In this document: positions 53,458 to 63,419 of the stretch, in pieces
Numbering within the stretch: the first letter of the stretch is position 1
Layout: every line of letters starts with the position of its first letter
NCBI GenBank assembly: GCA_964356335.1
Contig: CAYHHI010000004.1
Span: 36,699 to 100,698, forward strand
From: an uncultured bacterium
GTDB lineage: Bacteria > Arandabacterota > Arandabacteria > Arandabacterales > Arandabacteraceae
Reading direction: 5' to 3'
DNA length: 64,000 nt
Translations under genes and position numbers: made by a program
Notes under the pieces: model-generated
Databases searched by the model: none
What the model was told of the DNA's origin: nothing
What the model saw: only the letters and a program-made list of their open reading frames with translations

Positions 53458-55413
53458 ATGACCCGCAAACTCACTCTATCGGCGCTCTTTGCGTGGGTTG
53501 CACTAGTCGCGATAGCATTCGGTTTCTATCAGTTTGCAGGCCTTGTCAGAGCAAACCCATTCGGAGATTGCTTCGCCTCTGCTCTCAAGGTCCTGGCGGT
53601 GATGTTGGTGGCGGCCTCCATGGGACTCCGCCTAATCCCGGGCGCAAAGCCCTGTCTCAGAGACATCATGCTGGCCTCGGCGGTGGGACTTGCCCTGCTG
53701 GGAATCGCCACCTTCTTGCTCGGGACTGTTGGGCTGGTGAGACCCTACGTAATTTGGCCGGCCGTTGCCATGGTGGGGGCGATCTCGTACAGGCAGATCG
53801 GGCAGATGCTGGCGTGGCTCAGGCGGCTCGCGGTGCCGTCGCTTGATGTGTACGAGATGTGTTTCGCCGGCCTCATGGTTTTTGCGTCGCTTTTCGTGCT
53901 TGCGAACTGTCTCGCACCCATAACCGCAAACGATGCGCTCGTATATCACCTCAATCTCCCCAAGCTCTATGCGGCTGCCTCCGGTCTGGTGAGGCTGCCA
54001 TATAATGTATATGCCAACATGCCTCATTACGGCGAGGTGCTGTACACTCTCTTTTACTCGCTGGCGGGAGAGACCGGAGCCAGGATCTTCTACTTCCTGG
54101 TCGTCATGGGTGCCACGCTTTCCATCTATGTTCTGGCAAAGAGGTTCGCCCCTCGCAGGCTGGCTATGGCCGCAGCGGGCTTTTTCCTCGTGCAGCCTCT
54201 GGTACTTGATGACCGGATCATCTGCAATGTTGACATCCTGCTTGGATACCTTTATGTCTCCTCCGTCATTCTGCTCGTCGATCCACCGGGATTGAAGGCG
54301 AATCTCAGACAGATCCTGCCCGTCGCAGTTCTCGCAGGCTTCATGCTTGGGATCAAATACACGGCCATTGCCCCATGTCTATCGCTCCTGGTCATCCCCT
54401 TGGTCGGTTCCCCCAAGCGCCCCCGTCCGAGGAGATTTGTCATCGCAGGCCTGGTGGCCTTGGCTCTTTTTGCCCCCTGGCTCATAAAGAACCAGGTATA
54501 TGTCGGGAATCCCTTCTATCCTCTGGTTGAAAGCAAGCTTGACGGCTCAAACTGGGACGCGACCCAGGAGGCACAGCTCCTGAGTTGGCAGCGGGGCATG
54601 GGAATGGGCAGAACAGCCCTGAATTATCTTCTTCTGCCTTTCAATATAAGCACGAGGGGCAGGCCCGCAGCCAATTACACCAGGTTTGATGGCATCATGA
54701 CGCCGCTTTTCCTCATCCTGTTTCCGCTCGCTCTCCTCAGACGTCGAAAGGAAACCACTGCGCTAATCGTGATGGTACTGGCGACCTTCGTTTTCTGGGC
54801 ACTCACATCACAGCAGCTGCGTTTCCTCATTCCCACGATAGCCCTTGCAGCGGTGCTCGCGGCAGCCGGCCTCGCCAACCTGGCGGGCCTCGCCGGCGTA
54901 AGGCCGTCGAACTTTGTGCTCGGTCTTGCTATTCTTGTCACGGGCTCCACAATTGTCCTGCCCGATCAATTCGGGAGGCCCTTTGTGACAATCCCTATCA
55001 GCGCCACATCGCGGGTCGTGTTTGGCCTTGAACCCAGGCAACAGTACCTCGAAAGGAATTTTCAGGCGTTCAGCATGTGCGAGTACATCCGCACTAGCCT
55101 GCCTCCCCGCGAACCCATCTTCATGGTCTGGGAGAACCGCGGCTACTACCTTGACAACCCCTATTTTGCCGACAGCTTCTATGAGGCCTCAACCCTCATG
55201 CAAATCGTGGCGAGATCTCGGGACGCCGACGACCTCAAACAGATCATACGAGGGATGGGCTTCAGGTACGTTCTTGTCAATGAAATGCTGGGCGATGTCT
55301 TCTCGAGATTCTATCCGCCGGCAGAGGTCGCCAAGCTCAGGGAATTTATGAAGAACGATCTTGAAGCCGTTCATTCCGCAGCCAAGATCACGCTTTACAG
55401 GATCGCGCCTTAG
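53458..55413 (+). CDS. polytopic membrane protein, GT-C-like (ArnT/PMT-family-like) putative glycosyltransferase
   Basis: It has at least 12 TM segments. Its first loop has ANDALVYHLNLPKLY. Its C-terminal soluble domain ends ITLYRIAP, as in the 13474..15309 protein. AGGGAGAGG SD lies upstream. Confidence 0.5.
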   Translation: MTRKLTLSALFAWVALVAIAFGFYQFAGLVRANPFGDCFASALKVLAVMLVAASMGLRLIPGAKPCLRDIMLASAVGLALLGIATFLLGTVGLVRPYVIWPAVAMVGAISYRQIGQMLAWLRRLAVPSLDVYEMCFAGLMVFASLFVLANCLAPITANDALVYHLNLPKLYAAASGLVRLPYNVYANMPHYGEVLYTLFYSLAGETGARIFYFLVVMGATLSIYVLAKRFAPRRLAMAAAGFFLVQPLVLDDRIICNVDILLGYLYVSSVILLVDPPGLKANLRQILPVAVLAGFMLGIKYTAIAPCLSLLVIPLVGSPKRPRPRRFVIAGLVALALFAPWLIKNQVYVGNPFYPLVESKLDGSNWDATQEAQLLSWQRGMGMGRTALNYLLLPFNISTRGRPAANYTRFDGIMTPLFLILFPLALLRRRKETTALIVMVLATFVFWALTSQQLRFLIPTIALAAVLAAAGLANLAGLAGVRPSNFVLGLAILVTGSTIVLPDQFGRPFVTIPISATSRVVFGLEPRQQYLERNFQAFSMCEYIRTSLPPREPIFMVWENRGYYLDNPYFADSFYEASTLMQIVARSRDADDLKQIIRGMGFRYVLVNEMLGDVFSRFYPPAEVAKLREFMKNDLEAVHSAAKITLYRIAP

Positions 55414-55466
55414 GGCACGGGCTCTGCCACACCAGTGGTTCCTGAGTGCTGGGGTCGCTCACAGTT

Positions 55467-56798
55467 CTACTGGATGTAGCCCAAGGCTTTGAGTTTCTGC
55501 TTTACCTTATCATCCACCGGGGACCTCATGGGTTGGCCGGTCCGCCTGGGCTCTGTCTCATACGTGGGGATGAACTGGACGGGATTGGTCTTGAGGAATC
55601 CCGTGTCGAAGGCGTCTGTGATGACGCTGCCGTCCATGTCTCTCGCAACCGGGAGTCCCAGCGCATAGAGGATGGTCGGCGTGATATCGAGCACGTCAGC
55701 ATCAGGTATGTGTCCCCCCCTGCGCACGTCTTTGCCCATGAAGCCGACAATGCCGTACGGGCTGTGCATGTCAACACCGAGAAGGAGTGCCCCGTCGTCG
55801 GTATGCCAGGGGCCGCGGAAGCCATGATCGGACGCGATCACCAGCAGGGTTCTGTCGTCAACAAGGTTCATGAACTCGCCGAGGACTTTGTCAATCCACA
55901 CGTAATAGTTGTCTATCACCTTGTTGAGCGGGTGCGCCGCCTGCCCCCTGTAGTCCCAGCAGCTATGACACAGCGAGTCTATACCGTTGAAGTAGACCGC
56001 AAGAAACTGAACGCCTCTGCCTGCAAGCTCGAGGGCAATCCGCCTGAAGGTCTCATCCGTGGCGTAGACCATTTTGACATAGCCCTTGACCCATTCCAGG
56101 CCCGCCAGGGCGTCAGGGGGAGCCGTGACCGGGTAGAACTGCGATATGGTCTCATCGCTTACGTCGGCTTCAGAGAGCCTCAGGCTGTCTATCTCCTGGA
56201 AGAGGTCCTCCGGGTAGGTTTGCTTGTCCAGCTTTATGCCCTTTTCGTTCTCATACTGGATGTAGTCGCTCACGAGGTATCCATTGACAGGCTCAGCAGG
56301 CCAAGTGACCATCCACCCTACCACTCCGACCTTCATGCCCTTCTCGCCGAGGATGTCCCAGATGGCCTTCACTCGTCTCACATTGCCGGTGTAAGGGACC
56401 GAGTCGCCTTTAGCCACCGGTGCGAGGAAGCCGCCGATTCCATGCTTGTCAGGGAACATCCCTGTGGCGATTGAAGTCCAGATGATCGGCGACTTCTGCA
56501 GAGGGTCGAGCGTCGCGAGCTTTCCCGTAGCGCCCCGCGAGACTAGCCTCGAGAGGTTAGGGAGTCTGCCCTCGTCAAGCAAGGGCTTGATCAGGTTCCA
56601 GTCGGCAGCATCAATCCCCACGAAGATGACCTTGGTAGGATGCTTCACCTTGGGTGAGCACGCGGGCCCCAAGGCGAGAAGAGCGACCGAGCACAGGGCG
56701 AGCAAAGTTCTCGCCAGGCTCAGGCTCTTGCCCCCGGCCGCTGCGCATGTCGCTCGTGTGCTCGGCAGGCGCCTCTCCAGCACTGGTCGCGCCGTCAT
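55467..56798 (-). CDS. alkaline-phosphatase-superfamily enzyme (type I phosphodiesterase/nucleotide pyrophosphatase-like), probable lipoprotein
   Basis: It has VIFVGIDAADWNLI (metal-binding Asp) near the start of the mature protein and LLVIASDHGF near the C-terminus. The signal is ARTLLALCSVALLALGPAC. The ATG at 56798 is preferred over the upstream extension. Confidence 0.7.
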   Translation of the reverse strand: MTARPVLERRLPSTRATCAAAGGKSLSLARTLLALCSVALLALGPACSPKVKHPTKVIFVGIDAADWNLIKPLLDEGRLPNLSRLVSRGATGKLATLDPLQKSPIIWTSIATGMFPDKHGIGGFLAPVAKGDSVPYTGNVRRVKAIWDILGEKGMKVGVVGWMVTWPAEPVNGYLVSDYIQYENEKGIKLDKQTYPEDLFQEIDSLRLSEADVSDETISQFYPVTAPPDALAGLEWVKGYVKMVYATDETFRRIALELAGRGVQFLAVYFNGIDSLCHSCWDYRGQAAHPLNKVIDNYYVWIDKVLGEFMNLVDDRTLLVIASDHGFRGPWHTDDGALLLGVDMHSPYGIVGFMGKDVRRGGHIPDADVLDITPTILYALGLPVARDMDGSVITDAFDTGFLKTNPVQFIPTYETEPRRTGQPMRSPVDDKVKQKLKALGYIQ

Positions 56799-56900
56799 TG
56801 GATTTGTTGCCACCTGGCTTGTTGCCACTGGCCTTGCTCCCATCGGCCTTCCTGCGCCCATGACACCACGTATCAACACCGGGTTCTTCTGCGAATCGAC

Positions 56901-59291
56901 CTAATTCCCCCGGCCAGTTGACTTGGCCTCCAGATCCTTCAGATGATTGCGCAGCTCAGGAGTTCCCCCCGTGAGCTCAATGTAACGCTTGAGGTGAGAG
57001 GCTGCGCGGCCATAGTCCTTGAGGTGCTCTTCATAGCACATGGCAAGGTTGATGTGCGCAGCACTTGAAGTGGGATCAACCCTGAGTTCGTCCTCGAATT
57101 CGCGGCAGGCAAGACTTATGTCTCCCTTGCGATAGGCGATCACGCCCCTCGCAAAGTGCGCGCCGTTATGAGTCGGTGCGGCTTTCAGGAGACGATCGAA
57201 CTGCGCCATGGCCCGGTCAAGGTCTCCCATGTCGAAATACACGCTTCCTGCCTGGAAGCGTGCCGCACCTGACAGGCTGTCCGTCTCGATCGCCCGCATG
57301 TACGCATCGAGTGCTCTCGCCGTAAGTCCTAAGGATGCGAGGTTGTCGCCTCGCAGAAGATACTGGTCAGAGAGCCGCTGGTAGCCACGCTGCCGAGAGG
57401 CGATCCATGCTTGCCTCTCAGGAAGAAGCTTAAGGAGGGATTCTACTTGAGTATTCGACTGCTGGTTGAGTGTGGCATCGTTCTTGAGCGCCCCAAGCAG
57501 AGAAGCTGCCTCCTGGAGATTTGCCATCTCGTAGTATGCGCCTGCTTTGGCCAGATTGGCAAGACTGTACCCAGGATTCAGGGCAAGCGCCCGGTCAAGC
57601 ATGACGACGGCGGAATCGTTCTTGCCTGTCTCCGCATAGACCAGACCCAGGTTATAGAAAGCCTTGTCGTAGTCCGGATCGCGCACGGTCGCATCTCTGA
57701 GTTCTTTTTCGGCCTCCTCGTATTTCCCCTGCCGCGAGAGGAGAATACCGAGGTTCACATGGGCTTGAGCGATTGCCGGATCGATCTCAAGTGCCTTCTT
57801 ATAATTGGCAAGCGCCGAGGCCTGATCACCCTTGCCTTCATAGATGATGCCAAGCCTGTAGTAGGATTGGGCAAAACCGTTGAGGGGATGTATCCTGTAG
57901 AAGTTGATGTGGACCAGGACGAAGAGAGCGAAGAAACCCACAAGCGAATAGGCGATCGGCTTCCAGCGCCCGTCAGCGCCCGCTGATATAAGCCAGAACA
58001 GGTAATAGGCGGCGAAGACCATCAGCACAGGGACCATGGGCAGCCTGTACCTTGCGACGACGAAGAAAGTGATGATGCCGGCCGAATAGGCAAGGATGAA
58101 AAGCAGAAACAGCCATGCCTCCTTCCGGCGCCGGAGCGCGAGTGCGATTCCCACGATGCCAAGGGGACAGACCATGCCGAAAGAGGGCGTAGGAATCCTC
58201 AGGATGCGTGAGTACTGTCTTTCAAACGGCAGATGCTCGATCTGGGGTATCTCGTAGACCGACCAGAAAAAGAAGAATTTTCGAACCATGTTGTAGGCGA
58301 AGGCGCCGGGATCCCGGCGGATGAAGTCGAGCGCCCGCCTCTTCCACCAGGCCGATACTGCCGACGGCTTGAGCTCGTGCCCAACTGCGCGCTCGGCGAG
58401 TACCTTGCCCTCAGGATCGGTGTAGATGTCGAGGCCATCGGGCTTCACATATGCGCCTGTGGCCTTGGCACTGTTGCCGATATAGAAGTTGAGCCCGGCA
58501 TTGGAAGTGAGCGGCACGAGATCTCTTCCGACCGCATAATTACGGATCATGATGGGAGTCACGATCGCGGCGATACCCACTGCGAAGAGCACGGCTTTGC
58601 GGATACGGGCATCGAGCGGGGAGCTTCCATATAGAACGATGAAGCCGAGGGCAAGAGGTGCAAAGGCAAGGATGCTAGCGTTGCCCGCTGCCGAGAGGCC
58701 CGCGAACACGCCGGCAAGCAAGAAGGCGCCCATGCTCTCCCGCACCACACCCCGGTAGAGGAAATAGAGCATGAGTGTATTGAGGAGAGTCGCCAGCACC
58801 GGAAGAAGAATCAGCGTATCCGTGAATATGAAAGGCACGTACAGCGCTGCCAGAAGTCCTGCGATCGCCCCGACACCTACTCCGAAAGCCTCCCTGCCCA
58901 GAAGATAAACTACCCCTGCCGTAAAGGCGCCGACAATGCTCTGCACGAGTTTCGCAGCAAGCAGGCTGGGCCCAAAGATCTTGTAGATCACGCCAAGGAA
59001 GTAGGGATAGAGCGGCCCCATGAAGAAGGCTTCGTTTCCTACCCAGTCCCCGGCCGCGATTCTCTTGGCCCAGGAATCATAGAACTTGGTGTCGAGATCG
59101 AGATGATCGAAGAAAGGGCTCCCGCGCGAGGCAAGCGTATAAGCAAGCCGAATGGCGGCAGCAAGCGCGACCAAGAATATGAAGTAGAATGTGACTGACC
59201 GATATACTCTGCGCCCCTGCTGGGGTCCCTGTGTCTCGGGACGTTCCAGAGGGGGTTTACGTTTTGATCCCGAATCTGATCTGGAGCCCAT
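56901..59291 (-). CDS. TMTC-like protein: N-terminal GT-C-type multi-pass domain fused to C-terminal tetratricopeptide repeats
   Basis: Its first 450 aa are polytopic. It then has at least 8 TPR units, for example AFYNLGLVYAETGKNDSAVVMLDRALALNP and AHFARGVIAYRKGDISLACREFEDELRVDP. Confidence 0.7.
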   Translation of the reverse strand: MGSRSDSGSKRKPPLERPETQGPQQGRRVYRSVTFYFIFLVALAAAIRLAYTLASRGSPFFDHLDLDTKFYDSWAKRIAAGDWVGNEAFFMGPLYPYFLGVIYKIFGPSLLAAKLVQSIVGAFTAGVVYLLGREAFGVGVGAIAGLLAALYVPFIFTDTLILLPVLATLLNTLMLYFLYRGVVRESMGAFLLAGVFAGLSAAGNASILAFAPLALGFIVLYGSSPLDARIRKAVLFAVGIAAIVTPIMIRNYAVGRDLVPLTSNAGLNFYIGNSAKATGAYVKPDGLDIYTDPEGKVLAERAVGHELKPSAVSAWWKRRALDFIRRDPGAFAYNMVRKFFFFWSVYEIPQIEHLPFERQYSRILRIPTPSFGMVCPLGIVGIALALRRRKEAWLFLLFILAYSAGIITFFVVARYRLPMVPVLMVFAAYYLFWLISAGADGRWKPIAYSLVGFFALFVLVHINFYRIHPLNGFAQSYYRLGIIYEGKGDQASALANYKKALEIDPAIAQAHVNLGILLSRQGKYEEAEKELRDATVRDPDYDKAFYNLGLVYAETGKNDSAVVMLDRALALNPGYSLANLAKAGAYYEMANLQEAASLLGALKNDATLNQQSNTQVESLLKLLPERQAWIASRQRGYQRLSDQYLLRGDNLASLGLTARALDAYMRAIETDSLSGAARFQAGSVYFDMGDLDRAMAQFDRLLKAAPTHNGAHFARGVIAYRKGDISLACREFEDELRVDPTSSAAHINLAMCYEEHLKDYGRAASHLKRYIELTGGTPELRNHLKDLEAKSTGRGN

Positions 59292-62200
59292 ACAGGATAC
59301 CGGCGAGGAGCCCTAAACAGGTCACTATGAGCCCCAGACTTAAGGTCCCCGGCTTGAATTCCATGATGACCCTGTGATCTCCTCTGCCGATCTCGATCGC
59401 TCGCGTGCCGACATCGGTCAAGAGGATCTCTGCGCGCTTTCCGTCAACTGATGCCTTCCAGCCAGGGTAGTAAGCATCCTGGACAATGAGGAAGGCGTCG
59501 CGGTCGGGAGACACTTCGATCTCGACCTTCTCAGGCTTGTAGGATACGATCTCGCTCTTGCCGCATCGCATATTAGGAAGGTCGGCGAGCCTCTCCCCTA
59601 TCTTCAGAATGCGCGAGCCATCGGCCGCGCCGAGGCGAACCTCAGACGCCGCGACGCAAAACACTTTTTCCATGGCTGCAGCATTCTCATAGATGTACAT
59701 GTCCCCGGTATAGATGAGGTCGTATCCGGTTGCCTCAGGATGCGGCCCGTAAACCAGGCGGCTTGCCAGGAGGCTGAAGCTCGAGTCCGATCTCACCAGT
59801 AGCCTGTCAACCGCTTTTTCTCCGAGATCGACCATCACCCTTCTCATTCTTAGATAAGGCGGGAAGCTCACCCGGCGCAACAGTTTTCCAGAACTACTCT
59901 GTATCTCAAGCGGCACTTCCCTGGCAGGGCCCGCAATCTCCAGGCTGAGTGCCGCTTTTTTCTCGTCGGTGCGCCCGGGGTAGACTACGTAACCTCCGCT
60001 CGCTTTCTCAAAGGCACAGTCACTTAACACAAACTCGAACCCACCCCAGCCCGCAAGAGCATCGTGACGAACGCCCGAGTCATCAGCCGTAGGACTGACT
60101 AGAGCCTTGGCAGCGCCCGCCCCGACGGGTAGAACCGCAAGCGCGAGCCTGCCGTATCCGGCGCCTACCGAAGCGACATCGAGGCTTCCCTCGTACCAGC
60201 GCCCGCCTCCGGAAGAGACGCCGAGGCTTCTGCGGAATTCGGCCTCCCCGGTCGGGCTCTCCCAGATGACTACGAAGGCCATGGAGTCGACATCGCTGGG
60301 GACCCCCTCAAAGCCGAAGAAGAAATCGATTCGCGCCCGAGAAGGAATATAGGTGTCCACGCTCAGCGTTTCCCCTGCTCTCTGGCAGAAGGCCAGCCGG
60401 CCTTCGCCGCCCAGATTGAGAATCTTGAAGTCTCGCAGCACGCCTTCCCTCTTGGCGGTCACCTCTTTCGCGACTGCCTGGAAGACAGAAGATGGAGTGA
60501 GCGTGGGATCAAACCCGCTCCTGAGGAGGTATCTTACAGACATGAGTCCGGCCAGTTCTGGGGTTGGGCCAGGGCCTTCAAATATCCGCCCGCGCTGTGC
60601 CGCCCCCGCCTCCTGCCCCGTCTCGAGGAAGTATGCGTATGCCCTCGGCATTATTGTCGATCTACCCCGCAATGACTCGAGGCCAAAGAGCTGATTTGTG
60701 TTGGGCGGAAGAACCCAAGTACCAGATTCCTCATTGAGGGTGCGCCACTCGCCCTTGGTGCCTGCCGCCTCGCGCAAGACCTTTATGCCTTCGGTCTCGA
60801 AGACACTCCGGGAGGGCTCGCTGACATAATAGGTTCTGGCGACCAGTACGATGTCCGCCGTGACCCATAGAACGAACAGGAGACTCGCCAAACCTGCAAG
60901 GCGCTTCCTGCGGGACGAAGCCAGGCCGCAGACCAGCAGCAGAGCCCAGCTCACCGAGGCAAGGATGAGGCCGCGTACGATTTGCATCTTCTCATAAGCG
61001 AGCCACTCCGGCCCCCGACCTTGCACCCACTCCACGATCCTCTCCGATCCTACCGCAGACCAGGTTTTCCCGAGCAAGGCGTGTGACTTCTCGATGAGGC
61101 GCGAGGCTATGCCGTCCCCGCCAAATGCAAAGATGATCGATCCCGCCACCAGGAAGACAACGACCGCACCTGCCACGGCAAGGAAGACCCGCTTCGATCG
61201 CCGGTCCGGAGTGGACGCGAGGAGGGAGAGACTCTTGCCGGCCAGGGCTGCAATCGCAAAGCATGCCATCACCGATATCCGATCTATCTGGGAATATCTG
61301 AAGAGCGGTATCGCAGCATAGACCACCTTCAGGAGGAAGCCACTGGTCCCGATTCCTACGCTCAAGAGGAGGATGAGAAGGAGCCCTCGTACATGCTCGG
61401 ACTGCCTGATGAAAGCCAACCCACCCAGGGTGGCCATGAGCGTGCCCACGCCGCAATAAACCATGAAGCCGAGATTATACGGGTGCGCGCCTTGCTGGAT
61501 CAGGGGCACCCAGTTTGTGCCCTCAACCGGATTGCCGAAGAAACCGGGCAGGACCACGCGCAAGAGCATGACAGGTTTGGAGACATACAGTTGCCTCATC
61601 TGGTCAAGGCCGATGCCAAGCCCCACCGAATTCCTCAAGAATTCCCAGAAGGGAATGAGGTGAACGGCAACCACCAGGAGGGCAAGGCCACCGGAGATGC
61701 CGATCGTCCGGGCCGACGCCAGCAACTGCCCGCGAGCGCCACGCACACGCTGGTCGAGGGCCAAGCTCAGAGCATAGATCACAAGCCCTGCGACCCCAAA
61801 GATAAACACCTGGGGAAATCCTGAGAGGTATCCCATCACGAAGAACGCTGCAAGCATGATGGTGCCGGTGCGCTCACTCCGGCGGGCTCGCTCAAAGCCG
61901 TAAAAGAGAAACGGGATCCAAGCTGCAGAGGCGACAAACGTGGGATGGCCCATCCTGTTCGCGAAGAAGGATGAGAAGCCGAAGGCAAACGCACCCAGAA
62001 TCGCACCCGGCGTTGAGGCGGCAATCGTCCGGAGGAAAAGATACATGCCTATGATTGCGAGCAAGAAATGCACTGCGACATCGTACCCCATGGCCTTCTC
62101 GGCATTGAAAGGAACCAAGAGAAGCGAGATGGGATAGAGCACCCGCGACTGAGGATCGGCGAAGAAGGGTGCGCCGGTCAGGATGGAAGGATTCCAGAGG

Positions 62201-62433
62201 GGAAACCTCCCTGAGGCGATGCTCTGAGAGAGCTCGGCGCGCCGCGGCAAGTACGTGAGAATGGAATCCATCCTGTACGTCCTTCTGTGGAGATCCTGCT
62301 CGCCGGCGTAACTGCGCCAGGGATCGTAAAGCGATGGATTTGCCGTAAGAAGAACCTTGCCGCCAAGAATGACGTCGAAGAAAAAACCGAGGACAACAAT
62401 CACGAATATGGCGATCACAAGCGTGGTTTTCAT
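59257..62433 (-). CDS. very large polytopic membrane protein, YfhO-like (GT-C superfamily) candidate
   Basis: 1058 aa. Its N-terminal loop is DPWRSY...HRRTYRMDSILTYLPRR...GRFPLWNPSILTGAPFFADPQSRVLYP. It has many TM helices and a large C-terminal extracytoplasmic domain. It overlaps the TMTC-like gene by 35 nt. Confidence 0.5.
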   Translation of the reverse strand: MKTTLVIAIFVIVVLGFFFDVILGGKVLLTANPSLYDPWRSYAGEQDLHRRTYRMDSILTYLPRRAELSQSIASGRFPLWNPSILTGAPFFADPQSRVLYPISLLLVPFNAEKAMGYDVAVHFLLAIIGMYLFLRTIAASTPGAILGAFAFGFSSFFANRMGHPTFVASAAWIPFLFYGFERARRSERTGTIMLAAFFVMGYLSGFPQVFIFGVAGLVIYALSLALDQRVRGARGQLLASARTIGISGGLALLVVAVHLIPFWEFLRNSVGLGIGLDQMRQLYVSKPVMLLRVVLPGFFGNPVEGTNWVPLIQQGAHPYNLGFMVYCGVGTLMATLGGLAFIRQSEHVRGLLLILLLSVGIGTSGFLLKVVYAAIPLFRYSQIDRISVMACFAIAALAGKSLSLLASTPDRRSKRVFLAVAGAVVVFLVAGSIIFAFGGDGIASRLIEKSHALLGKTWSAVGSERIVEWVQGRGPEWLAYEKMQIVRGLILASVSWALLLVCGLASSRRKRLAGLASLLFVLWVTADIVLVARTYYVSEPSRSVFETEGIKVLREAAGTKGEWRTLNEESGTWVLPPNTNQLFGLESLRGRSTIMPRAYAYFLETGQEAGAAQRGRIFEGPGPTPELAGLMSVRYLLRSGFDPTLTPSSVFQAVAKEVTAKREGVLRDFKILNLGGEGRLAFCQRAGETLSVDTYIPSRARIDFFFGFEGVPSDVDSMAFVVIWESPTGEAEFRRSLGVSSGGGRWYEGSLDVASVGAGYGRLALAVLPVGAGAAKALVSPTADDSGVRHDALAGWGGFEFVLSDCAFEKASGGYVVYPGRTDEKKAALSLEIAGPAREVPLEIQSSSGKLLRRVSFPPYLRMRRVMVDLGEKAVDRLLVRSDSSFSLLASRLVYGPHPEATGYDLIYTGDMYIYENAAAMEKVFCVAASEVRLGAADGSRILKIGERLADLPNMRCGKSEIVSYKPEKVEIEVSPDRDAFLIVQDAYYPGWKASVDGKRAEILLTDVGTRAIEIGRGDHRVIMEFKPGTLSLGLIVTCLGLLAGILYGLQIRFGIKT

Positions 62434-63419
62434 GATTCGGGATGAGTCGGGGCTGGCTCTCGGGATTTTCCCAGACTCCTCATGCCATAGAGAACTCCGC
62501 CAATGACGGCAAACACGAAGAACACAGCATACACAACGATACCGAACGAGAAGCCCAGGCTGTCCTCAACTCCGAATTGCCTCAGCATCATAACAAACGC
62601 CGCCTCTCTCACACCGATGCCGCTTATGGAAACGGGTATCATCCTCATAAGCTCGACTATGGGAACCACGAGCAGCAAGCCGGCAACGCTGAGTCTCAGG
62701 GAGAAGGCTCTGGCGATGAAGTAACAGGCCAAGATCCAGAGTAGTCTTGAGAGGACCGAGAGGACAAGTCCACCCAATACGGCGCGCCTGGAATTCTTGT
62801 AGATGACGATCGATGTGTAAACACGCTCGAGCCTCGTCCTCGCCTTGAATCTCTTCAGCAGGTCGAAGACCGGATTCAGGACATGCGAGAAAGTCCTGGC
62901 CACGGGCCTCAGGAGGAGGATCAGGAAACCCACAAGAAGCACCACCCCGACCGCCTCGGCAGTGAGAATCATCTTCCATTCTTTGAGCTCGCCGGCCACA
63001 AAAGGTATGGCGATCAAGCTCACGGGCAAGAGAACAAAGAAACCCATGATGCGTTCGACCACGATGGATGCGACGGCGTCCGCTTTCTTCTCCGTCGCGG
63101 TAGAGACGGCGACTATTCGTGCGAAATCTCCCCCCACGCTTGTCGGTAGGAAGGCGCTGAAGAAGATGCTCACCAGATAGTAGTAGACCAACTTGGTCAT
63201 CCTGATCGTGATACCTCTTGCGCGAAGCAGAACGCTCCATCTCCAGGCCTGGGTAACGATCATCAAGAAGTCCAGGCCTGCCGCAAGAACCAGCGGCAAG
63301 AGGGCCAGCCCCTTGAGGTGAGCGGCGATCCGGCCCACATCAAGCCTCACGATAAGAAACACGATCAGGCCTGCGCTCACCAAGAGCCTCACGATTTTTA
63401 GGACCACGGAAGTCTTCAT
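62430..63419 (-). CDS. flippase-like membrane protein (LPG_synthase_TM / MprF TM-domain family)
   Basis: 329 aa with 8 TM segments. Its N-terminus is MKTSVVLKIVRLLVSAGLIVFLIVRLDV...AWRWSVLL. It has ATGA overlaps with both neighbours. Confidence 0.6.
   Translation of the reverse strand: MKTSVVLKIVRLLVSAGLIVFLIVRLDVGRIAAHLKGLALLPLVLAAGLDFLMIVTQAWRWSVLLRARGITIRMTKLVYYYLVSIFFSAFLPTSVGGDFARIVAVSTATEKKADAVASIVVERIMGFFVLLPVSLIAIPFVAGELKEWKMILTAEAVGVVLLVGFLILLLRPVARTFSHVLNPVFDLLKRFKARTRLERVYTSIVIYKNSRRAVLGGLVLSVLSRLLWILACYFIARAFSLRLSVAGLLLVVPIVELMRMIPVSISGIGVREAAFVMMLRQFGVEDSLGFSFGIVVYAVFFVFAVIGGVLYGMRSLGKSREPAPTHPES

Noticed and set aside
55446-56474. 342-aa plus-strand ORF overlapping the AP-superfamily gene
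   Set aside because: The minus-strand frame has the metal-binding VIFVGIDAADW and ASDHGF motifs. The plus-strand ORF has none.
62566-63240. 224-aa minus-strand ORF in an alternative frame of the flippase-like gene
   Set aside because: Its composition is Arg/Gly-rich nonsense. The chosen frame encodes eight clean TM helices typical of LPG_synthase_TM.
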